From contig OZ059899.1 in assembly GCA_964057225.1 (NCBI GenBank), positions 13,578,001 through 13,642,000 of the forward strand: 64,000 nucleotides of DNA, read 5' to 3'. How positions within the stretch are numbered: position 1 is the stretch's first letter; each line of letters begins with the position of its first letter. Under the pieces are notes generated by a model that worked only from the letters and a program-made list of their open reading frames with translations, searched no databases and had not been told where the DNA came from. Shown piece after piece: positions 1 through 11,346 of this stretch. Made by a program: the position numbers and the translations under genes. Origin of the DNA: Auanema rhodensis. Its lineage: Eukaryota > Animalia > Nematoda.

Positions 1-424
1 GTGGTTGCATTTTCATAAATTTTTTGAATATTGAGTTTGATATGTACAGATTTCTATTTTATTTTAGTTTGTAACAAACAGAAGATTCATAGAAATTTTA
101 TTTTTTGATTAATATGAACAGATAATGAAGATCAAAGACATAAAGCTCTAGTAAGGCAACACGTGTGATGAAAATTAAAATAATTTCTAACAATCAATAA
201 AGAAAAATTAAAATGAAATACAAAGAACATCAGATTGGTATGTAATATTGTAAGTAATGTTGTGAATTTAAAGTAAAACAATGCAATATCTACAGTTATT
301 ATTAGATTATTATTAATAGTATTATGGCAGAATTTTGGAAAAGGCAAGAAAGATCAAATAGACCGAAGAAGAGTTAAGAGAAGTAAAAGGTAATACGAAG
401 ATTAGTATGTAGTATGTACAACTT

Positions 425-1307
<883 letters not shown>

Positions 1308-4174
1308 TGTGAACCTGGAAATAGAAATAACATTAGTGATACTTGTCACGAAGTCACGGTAATAACAGTTTATGAGCAAATTGGAAAGTTCAAACATTCG
1401 GATGAGCAACATGGGAATTATGAGAACGAGCAGACGAAGGTTGTGATAAAGTCTTGGACAACTGATGAGTTTCTGTCATCATATGAGAACAATGTTCACC
1501 AGATGCCGACGACGACATCTTTACAGCCTCTTGCCCCTCCTTAGATACTTGTAGATTTAGAGACACAACAACAGAAGGTTAATGAATAAACGGATACGTT
1601 GGCGGAAGTGAGTTCAGCTCTAAGGAAGTACAGGGAAAACTTGATCGAAAAGGAATTTTGGCTCATCTGTTCTATTTGCGACTCCAACATTCAACTACTT
1701 CAACACTTTCTAGGACTGATAAGAATAAGTTAATGAATAAGGTAACTAGATGTGATCGCAGCTTAAGTTGAGCTTGAGCGGATAAGTTGGACATATACTG
1801 ACCAGAAGTTTGAGAAAAAAAGATTTTGAGGGAAAGAGGGATTAATGTAGTATAGGTGAGAAAACTATTAAGATTTCATAAAACCAAATGGTAATAAGCT
1901 GTGTCGTGTGTATCACATTGAACAAACTCATTAGTACTTTCTGAACATTACAATCCAGAATGTATCCAAACGATGTATCTGATGATGATGATGATGATGT
2001 TCTGAATAGAATAAAGTCTGGCATCTGGAGGAAATTAGACAATTCACGACTCATTACCGTATACTTGCAGAGTTAGAATCTCAGTCTTATCTTAGCTTTT
2101 CAATAGTTTATGACAACATGAATTTGTAGAGAAATTGAGAACAAAAAAAAGAAACAACTAAACTAAAATGAAGAAATGGGCTGGAAAAATGTGCTGGACA
2201 GTTCTGTATGGCCATACTAAATTGTTTTTTTTTTGTTGAAAGAAAACTGTCGAGCAGTGAATATTTAGGAAAATAAATGAGACTAACAATTGTATTTGAT
2301 GAAAAAAGTGTGAATGTGCTTAGTTTTTTTCCGATTACCTCGCGGCTCGAAACCGAAAAGAGCTGGAAAGTAGTTAATGGCTATGGAAGATGAAATGTGA
2401 CATGTTTGAAGAACACATGTGTATTCAATCCAATTTTTGCTGTTTTGAAAATTAAAAAAAAGAAAAGAAAAGAAAAGAAAGGCAAATGACAGAAATAGAA
2501 GTAGTTAGATTGGGATTGGGATTGGGATTGAGATTGCGAGATGAAATGGTTGATGCTGATTTTGCTGTATTTTTTTTTTTGGAGCAAAAGACACGCATTT
2601 AATAATAAAAACTGAATGAAACCTTATTAACCACATCATAGCAACAGCTTATTACAGTAGAAGAGTGTTTGATGAAAGGGGTAAGATGAAGAAAAATAAA
2701 AAGCTAATGAAGAAAGATATGTGTAGCGTGGAGAGATTTAGCAGAAAAACAGGAATATAAGATGTTTTGTTGCCATAATAGGTGTATTATGAAGACTGAT
2801 ATCCAGATAAATGACTAAGAGCACTTGCGGCACATGTCAGACACCACCCACCGGAACCTCCTTCTCCACCCCTTCTCGTCATCGAGGGGCGGAGTTAGAG
2901 CAGGATAAGGGTGAAGAAATTAAGAAAAATAGAAAGATTATTTTCAAAAATAAGTAACTTTAAGCGATAATTCGAATAAACTAATTAAAAGATTGATTTT
3001 AAAGAACAAAATAAATCAATGACAATGTCTTCTGACGCTAGGAAATGATTTAAGAATTCTTGATAAGAGTTATACTTTCCACACACTGTCATTAATGGCT
3101 CCAAATTATAAAAGAAGAAGTCCAATCAACATAATAATAATAATAAATTAGAAAAAAAATTTACTTCTATCTTATCTGGTTCAATTAATTTTTGCTTCAT
3201 GTGCCCGAAAAAAACTACTGTCAGTTAAGTCTTTGGCGGAGGAGCACGGAATAAAGAACTTGAACTTGATAAGATAATATGGAAAACCTTTCGGAATGAA
3301 AGATGGCTGATGAGTAAAATGAGAATTATGAACTTTCAGTAGTTCAGTAGCGGCTAGATGAAAGGATTCAACCGATTAATCAGCCTGATTTCATTTGAAG
3401 TGTGAGAATATGAGGAAGTGTCTATAAGATAATAAGTCAAGAAAATAATAATTATAACGTTAACTTCCTATAATTTTGAAATCGAAATCATAGGAAAAAC
3501 TCGAAGCAAACTCGAAAAAAATAAAAATAATGGTAGATGTATGCTGATAAGTAGAACTGATAATAAGGATGATGTGATGGGTATCACAAGTTGTTCAAGC
3601 TTCATTGCTAAAAGGAAGAAAAAGGGCAAAATGAGTAAGAAAGAAGCTAATTTACAATGTTTATTTTCACACTTTAACAACTTTTTAAATACCTGAGGTT
3701 ATGATGAAAAGGTTATAGTGCTAACATGCATGGCTTAGGCTACAGTCAGACAAGTTTACAGTATTATGAACATGGTTGGAAAAAGTTTGAGAAGCCTAAC
3801 ACGCCATCATATAGTTCACAAAACCACAAAAAATCTTTTTAGTTAGAACTTGACAAGTTTCAACATTGTTATCTTTTTCATATACATTATTTCCTAATAA
3901 AGTAAAATAGATAAGAACATCTGAATAGGTAAGATTTCCGACTAAAGGGCACAGAAAATGAGAAAACAACGAAAAAAAAACAAAAAAAATAAAAAAACAT
4001 ATATGATATACTAGTATAATATGTAATATGTAATAAAAAACATTTACCAAAAGGTCAAATATATGTAGTTCAGAAGTAGATTGATTGGAATATCTTCTAT
4101 ATTTCAGAGGAAGCAACGTTTTGATGGGGTGGAACCTTCTTTCTGTACCTTCTTCATCTTCTTCATTTTCGGCT

Positions 4175-4208
<34 letters not shown>

Positions 4209-4245
4209 AATCTCTCTCTCAATCTCTCTCTCTCTCTCTCTCTCT
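4175..4245. repeat. Compound (CT)n microsatellite
   Basis: Directly visible. Confidence 0.9.
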
Positions 4246-6088
4246 GTTTCTCTTTCTCGTAGATAACCATGTTTCAGATGTTTTTATTTGTAAAATCGTC
4301 CGTTTTTTTTTCTGTTTCAACCCGCTCCATGAAATAAATAATCTTTTCTCTATTTAATACCATCTATTTATATATTTATACATATGTGTATAATTTTTTT
4401 TTGTTAATTAAACAAGAAAAAACTCGTAAGATACATATTATTCGTTGTCTTCTTTGTCGGTACTTCATTATTTCTTTTTTTTTTAGTTTCAAATCACCAC
4501 AAATCAATACTAAGTTTGTGAAAACTTCACTATTTTTAGTATTATTTATTGAATTTTTCCTTATTATTCTTCATAACAACGCATAACTTTTATATATTGT
4601 AATTATCACATAAATAACAATTTTTCGAATATTTCTCACTTCCTTGTATATGGAAAAGGTCAACATTATGTCTCCCAACTTGTCCTTAACCGGCTTTTCC
4701 ATTAGCAGTTTCAAAAAAACCATTCAAACTCATATTGCTGTCTCCTTTTCCCTGTTCATCTGAATGTATTAAGAAGCCGGAAGAAACAGATAAATATTCT
4801 AAAGATTTCGATTAAAAAAAAACAAAAAGAAAGTGACAAAAGAATCGATTAGAGAGTGAACGAGATAAAGTCGGCGATTTAAACAAAGTTTTACGATACC
4901 TTCATCACCATTCGTCTAATCATGCATTTTGCTGTTTTGCAGATCAAGTCGCTTCATCTGTCATTTTTTAATATTTTCTCGTGAATATCTCTTGCAGCAT
5001 AGATGTATAAAGGTTTCTATCAGCTGCCAAGCTTATGTGGATTACTTCGTTTACCGCCTAGTAGTCTGCTTCTTCCGTTTATCGCTGTCGACATCATTAG
5101 TTGCTGCTAGTGAACATCCAGACGCTTCGTCCGTTTTGTCCTTTTTTTTTGAAAGAACTTTGGAACATTGGACACACACACTATACACATATGTATACAC
5201 ACCTGTTCTCTTTTAAGGAAAACTGATGAAAAAGGAAATCAAAGCATAGTGAGACCGGACTCTCGATAAGTTTCTCTTTCAATCGTCTGATGTTGATCAT
5301 TTCTCTTAACTCTCTCTTTCTCTTTCTCTCTCTCTCTCTCTCCCTCTCTCTCTCCCTGTACCCCTCTCTCTTTTAAGATTTATGAGAATAAATTTAAAGA
5401 AAAACGAATAAATGAGAATGATTATAAGCTTATATGAAGAAATTTTTATCGAAATTGTGATAGAATAACCACTCTAATGCATTTGATAATCTTCTAACAA
5501 CTGCCAATTTTATAATTTGAAGAACAATACTGTTACTCAACAACTTTACCTATTGTAAAATCATATTATATATTGTGTCTTTTACTTAAAAGAAGATAAT
5601 AAAGATATTTCTAACTTACCGCTTTCTCTTTGAACTAAGCTATCCCGACATAGTAACTGTAAATAGAACTCTAAACGACCAGATGTCCATTTGACAACCA
5701 GCATATTCGTTAAAAGAGACTGTAAAAGCTTCCTTGCGTAAACATGTTGTTTTTTCATTGAAAATTTAAATAATGGACTAGCATTCTGGAAAAAAATTTT
5801 TTTTCCAAGAGCCAAACAACTGAATTTGCTCTTTCATAAACTTGACCTTTGATTTGAGCTTACAGAATTGTTCATTTCTGCAGCAGAATGATGTGCTCGA
5901 CAGACAAAAGGTGACAGAATTAGATAAGAAGATATTAATTCAAATAATTTCTAAAATAGAATCTGTAGCATACAGTATCTATATGTGGATCAGGGATTAA
6001 CATGTACAACAGACAGATAGTCAATCAATTTGTCAATTTTTATTTATTCAAATAACAGTTTTATGTAAAAAGAGATAGACAGGAAGAG

Positions 6089-6909
6089 GATTAACAAGTC
6101 TATATAAACATAAAGAATGAATAGTATAAGATAATTTGTTTTTAAAAGAAATCAAAGAAATTTGGACACAGCTGTTATGGAATTACATAAGAATCTTATA
6201 AGTAAGGACATGAGCGGCTGTTTCTTTTATTTGTTTATTTGTTTATCTACTTATAACTTATATAATACATATAGTTAGTTACTTTATTAACTATATATGT
6301 ATAATTTAATTTTAAAAAATTTATAATATATAAGAAAATTAGTTAATGAACATATAAAATTTGATATAAATATGAAAAAACCTGTCATGTTACACAAATT
6401 TAAAACTTTTATTTCAACTTTATTTACTTTACTTACAGATTTCTCATTTTTTTCTTCGTTTTATTGCCAAATTTGACATTTTCTCTATTTTTTTGTCATT
6501 TAACTTCCAACTTATGCATTCATGTACATGTCTTATACGTGAACTTTCACGTAAAATGCACACATGATGTACGTGAACTTTCACGTCGCATAACTCTTTG
6601 ATCTACTGTAACTCATGTTTATAACCTTGGAACTTTAGAAAAACTTGAATAAAACCCTTCCGACTATCATCATATCATATGTGTTTCCGTTGAACAGATG
6701 ATGAGTCCTTCTAAGTACATCCGGTCACATAGCCTGTAGCATATTCGGCTTTCAAGTTTATTGAAACGAATGAAGCTGATGGCAAACCTGTAATGGCCAT
6801 TGTAAACTTACCTTTAGCTTATTCCACATTCTCTTTACCTTTTTTACTATATCATATAGTATATTCGTTTATATCTACTTCATAGTAATACCGCTATGTG
6901 CTCATAGCA
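6089..6909. repeat. 821-bp direct repeat, copy 1
   Basis: Matches 10178-10998 at a constant offset of 4089. Only two mismatches were seen by eye (6147/10236 and 6842/10931). Confidence 0.97.
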
Positions 6910-7279
6910 ATCTTTTTCTTTCCTTCCTCTTGTAGCATTCATTATCATGCTAAAGCTAAATTTGAAGCTTGCAGCTTGAATAAAGGAATACAACCGGATT
7001 CATTTCTTATTCTAATCATTGGATTTATCAGTAAAGTGATATGATCAGTATAAACCTTGGTAATTTTCCTGCAGACTTACATGTATATCGGATAGCTTCC
7101 ATTCTTTCCAACTGCACTATCCACTGAAATGGCGCAGTTTTATACATAAAGGACTTGTATGCCTATACTTGTCTTACATCCTAATTGGAGATTTCATCGA
7201 TATGTGATGCCAACGCATGCTTGAGTTTCTTTACTTCATCGAAGTATCTAAGTTCAGAAACTTCCTAATGTCTTTGAAA

Positions 7280-7687
7280 CTATGTCACAATTCTCAATCT
7301 CTGTTTTACAGATGCAACAGCAATGATGTGATAATAGTTGAATGCAACTGAGTTGGATAGTTCGGATAAGATGAGTTCAACAAGATTGTTCAGGGATAAA
7401 CTTTCTTCAGCTTTGCGTAGTTGTTTATGAGAGGTATAATCGGTTACAACCTTACGAATCATACCTTCTAAACATTTGAAATCACTGTCCAAGTTGTTCA
7501 TTTTCATATAGCCAAGAGGAGCATTTGGAAATTTCAATTGAAACATAGGCAAAATAAATACAATGCAGGCTTTAAAGTACTCCAAAAAATATATTTTTTC
7601 TAATTCCTCTTCGAAAAATGCTGAACTTGAAGAAGCATCAAGGAGAGGTATAGTATAATATGTCTTTGTTGATTGTAAGTTAAACAA
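7280..7687 (-). pseudogene. Decayed intronless ORF of unknown family; stop-interrupted frames appear to continue towards ~6620
   Basis: Open frame of 135 codons with protein-like composition and no true ATG start. Further stop-interrupted stretches follow (e.g. SELRYFDEVKKLKHALASHIDEISN*). No family recognised. Confidence 0.35.
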
Positions 7688-7990
7688 CCAGATAGCTTCA
7701 GTTGTTATTTCATTTTTAAAATATATTTTTATATCTTCGTATATAACATTAAAAATGGCTTTTGACGTGTATTACTTAAATTAATCAATAATCTTTTTGA
7801 AAAAATCAATATTAAATGAAAGAATTATAATAAAATCTTGTCTTATTAAGGATATCATCATAAGAATCATGAACATTAGCAGACAAACAAGTGATCATAT
7901 GCATGTGTTCATAGAATTGTAGTTTCATCTACAGCCTGATGATCTTTCCTAGCTATTTCACCATCATATACTCCATATTGACTATACATA

Positions 7991-8691
7991 CAGTCATGTG
8001 CGATGAAAGTCGGACACCCCTATGTTAGAGGCCCCAGAAAACCCCTTCAAACTACAAAAAAAATTTTTTTTTAATTTCAAAAATTTTGCGAGTTCATATA
8101 GTATATAGTCAGAAAAAAAATATATGTTAATATAATGAAAACTGATTTTAATATTATTTCCTAAATTTATAAGGAAAAATAGTGTTTTTTGACTAATTTG
8201 AATAATTCATCTTAATATAACAAAATTTGAGATTAGGAAAGAAGTTAATTCATTAGAAATATTTTAAAATGATTCTAAACACAGAGCTCGATCAATAACC
8301 ACGTTTTTCCTATGGCATAGCTTCAAACAAGTAAGCTTCATCATCTGAATCTTACTGAATATCTATGAAGAGAACTTGGTTGACGTACAACCAAATTCTC
8401 CCGTTTAAAAGAAAAATTGATGTTTAGGGTACTCCTAATATTCTATCAAAAAATTATTTCTGAAATCTTGATGAAACTTCTGAAATTCAAGAAAGAAGAC
8501 TTCAAGCAGTTTATGAAAATTTCGGAGACTTCAGAAAATACTTTTAAACATGATTTTTAAAACTTTAAAGATTTTTTCTGAATCCATTATCGTTTTTTAA
8601 CTTCAAAAATATTTTTTTCTGAATTTTTGTAGTTTGTCTGAGAAGGTATAAGGGATTCTAGTGGGTGTGCAACCTTCATCGCACAGGACTG
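7991..8691. mobile_element. Non-autonomous Tc1/mariner-like DNA transposon (MITE), 701 bp
   Basis: Imperfect 29-bp terminal inverted repeats: CAGTCATGTGCGATGAAAGTCGGACACCC on the left, GGGTGTGCAACCTTCATCGCACAGGACTG on the right. TA on both sides (7989-7990, 8692-8693). The reconstructed empty site ATACA-TA-TGTAT is palindromic. CAGT termini with a TA target are typical of Tc1-like elements. No transposase ORF. Confidence 0.9.
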
Positions 8692-8862
8692 TATGTATTT
8701 ATCATAAGTTTTGAACAAAACTCATATGTTAGCTTTTTCTTTCTCTTTCAGTTCTCTTCCTTACTTTGACCAAAAACAAGAAAGGATTCATACAACATTT
8801 TTCTCAGTAAAAAGTTTATTACTTTGTATTTATGAATAAATATTGATCCAAAATCATCTAAT

Positions 8863-9025
8863 TGAATTTAAATTAACTATTACTACTTCTCTTCTCTGAT
8901 AATATCTTGTCTGGTAAAGTGTCTCGCATGAAGATACCTCTAAAATACTTGATTTCCAATACTTCGACTAAAGCAATGAGATCTAGATTTGTTAGCGCAG
9001 GCAGATCTTTCTCTAGCTTCACCAT
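8863..9025 (-). pseudogene. Truncated adenain-like cysteine protease of Maverick/Polinton (adintovirus) type
   Basis: MVKLEKDLPALTNLDLIALVEVLEIKYFRGIFMRDTLPDKILSE, then IVNLNS after a frameshift (8880-8863). This matches the recalled Polinton protease N-terminus pattern ALTNxDL...LxIxxFRGxFMRDxLP.K...E..IVNLD. The catalytic HW motif and the rest of the protein are absent. Confidence 0.78.
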
Positions 9026-9178
9026 TTTTGAAAATTGTTTAAAAGGACACATTTTCGAAGAGTTAGGACACAAAATCAATGAAAATGAGCCTTAAAATTG
9101 CTCAAAAATGAGAAAATTGAAGATGGGTGAAAAGGTGCGCTAGAACAGCAAAATACATATTATTAGTTAAGATTTCCG

Positions 9179-9281
9179 TTCTGATTTTCATGTATTGCTA
9201 AGTTACTTTATTCAATGTTTACAGGTTTTTCTTACTAAATCATGAATTTATTCTATATTTCTTCTATATTTGTATTATCTA
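9179..9281 (+). repeat. 103-bp duplicate of the 5' end (acceptor, ATG, start of signal peptide) of the gene at 11347
   Basis: Identical by eye to 11284-11386 (offset 2105). It ends exactly at the TA that flanks the second MITE. Confidence 0.95.
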
Positions 9282-9476
9282 CAGTCCTGTGCGATGGAGG
9301 TTGCACACCCACTAGAATACCTTATAGCTTCTCAGACAAACTACAAAAATTCAGAAAAAAATATTTTTGAAGTTAAAAAACGATAATGGATTCAGAAAAA
9401 ATCTTTAAAGTTTTAAAAATCATGTTTTTCTAGGGCCTCTAACATAGGGGTGTGCAACCATCATCACACAGGACTG
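9282..9476. mobile_element. 195-bp internally deleted relative of the 7991-8691 MITE, in opposite orientation
   Basis: Termini CAGTCCTGTGCGATGGAGGTTGCACACCC and GGGTGTGCAACCATCATCACACAGGACTG, with TA at 9280-9281 and 9477-9478. The first ~145 bp are the reverse complement of the right end of the long element. The last ~50 bp match its left end. Confidence 0.92.
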
Positions 9477-9479
9477 TAA

Positions 9480-10135
9480 CAGAGAACAATAAAAGAGACA
9501 ATTTCAACATATTTGATGAGATTAGAAAAAGTGGTGTGAGCCTTACCCAGATTTGAAAAAGTAATCTTTTATAAGGAAAAAATAACAATGGTTAAAGAAT
9601 CGGTTCAACTTTGTAAAGAAGTTCGTATAATTAATAAAAGTAGAAAATTATTATTAACTAATGATCAAATAACAAAAATGAATTTAGCAGAAAGCTGAGA
9701 CAATTCATACTGAAGTATTCTACCAATGATACAGAAGATAAAGATAATAATGTGTCCAAAAAAACTGTTTACAGGAATAAAAATATATTGTCAATCAAAC
9801 ATTTTTCACATAATCGAAACTAATGGTCTTCCTTTTTTACAATACTTTTGTAAGAAAGAATCTTACTTCTTTTCTGAAAAAGAAGGAAAATCTAGTATTG
9901 AATGATATCTTCAAAGATTTTGATGGCAACATGATGTTTTATTTGGAGTGTCAGAAATTGATTAAAACTGGTGGTGATAGTAATAAATATGATTGTACAT
10001 CATTTGACTTTGATGACTTTTATTTCAACATTTCCGTGATTGAAGTTGCTTTAGAAGATTTTGTTTAATTAGAAAATAATAATAATGATAAATGTCTGAA
10101 AGAATTTGAATATCTTTATGGTTTCATAAATTAAA
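9480..10135 (+). pseudogene. Decayed A-rich intronless coding-like segment, possibly of mobile-element or viral origin
   Basis: Several near-contiguous open stretches broken by stops and frameshifts, including ORF 9823-10068. No splice pattern and no recognised family. Confidence 0.3.
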
Positions 10136-10177
10136 ACACAACAACGGTAAACACACATGTAGGTTATAAATTAAGAA

Positions 10178-10998
10178 GATTAACAAGTCTATATAAACAT
10201 AAAGAATGAATAGTATAAGATAATTTGTTTTTAAAGGAAATCAAAGAAATTTGGACACAGCTGTTATGGAATTACATAAGAATCTTATAAGTAAGGACAT
10301 GAGCGGCTGTTTCTTTTATTTGTTTATTTGTTTATCTACTTATAACTTATATAATACATATAGTTAGTTACTTTATTAACTATATATGTATAATTTAATT
10401 TTAAAAAATTTATAATATATAAGAAAATTAGTTAATGAACATATAAAATTTGATATAAATATGAAAAAACCTGTCATGTTACACAAATTTAAAACTTTTA
10501 TTTCAACTTTATTTACTTTACTTACAGATTTCTCATTTTTTTCTTCGTTTTATTGCCAAATTTGACATTTTCTCTATTTTTTTGTCATTTAACTTCCAAC
10601 TTATGCATTCATGTACATGTCTTATACGTGAACTTTCACGTAAAATGCACACATGATGTACGTGAACTTTCACGTCGCATAACTCTTTGATCTACTGTAA
10701 CTCATGTTTATAACCTTGGAACTTTAGAAAAACTTGAATAAAACCCTTCCGACTATCATCATATCATATGTGTTTCCGTTGAACAGATGATGAGTCCTTC
10801 TAAGTACATCCGGTCACATAGCCTGTAGCATATTCGGCTTTCAAGTTTATTGAAACGAATGAAGCTGATGGCAAACCTGTAATGGCCATTGTAAACTTAC
10901 CTTTAGCTTATTCCACATTCTCTTTACCTTCTTTACTATATCATATAGTATATTCGTTTATATCTACTTCATAGTAATACCGCTATGTGCTCATAGCA
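10178..10998. repeat. 821-bp direct repeat, copy 2
   Basis: Starts GATTAACAAGTC and ends GCTATGTGCTCATAGCA, as in copy 1. Confidence 0.97.
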
Positions 10999-11346
10999 TG
11001 ATATGAAACTTACAAAAGATATATGGATGAAGTTTCATACATATGTATTGATAAAAGGGGGATGTTCTGTTCATTCTGTGAAACGTATTTTATGCTCACA
11101 AAATTTTATTTTGTTTGAAATATCAATGAATGAAAGAGACAAAAGAACTTGAAGAAAACTATAAATTATCTCAAATCTACCGTCAGCTGTCCTATGATGT
11201 GTTTGTGTCTATGTTCATCACTCACACGATTTTCACCTTGATGCTCCAGAATCAGAAAGTTACGATTTCCATTGTGTTTTTCATTCTGATTTTCATGTAT
11301 TGCTAAGTTACTTTATTCAATGTTTACAGGTTTTTCTTACTAAATC

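Noticed and set aside
4081-4357. ORFs rich in SLSL/ERER (also at 13898, 14488, 15078, 56862-57583, 62416)
   Set aside because: They are translations of (CT)n/(AG)n microsatellites, which lack stop codons.
6890-6925. Helitron 3' end at the terminal hairpin of the repeat
   Set aside because: The hairpin is short, and no CTRR follows it in either copy.
6089-10998. LTR retrotransposon interpretation of the 821-bp direct repeats
   Set aside because: No TG...CA pair, no 4-6 bp target duplication, no PBS/PPT recognised and no gag/pol motifs inside.
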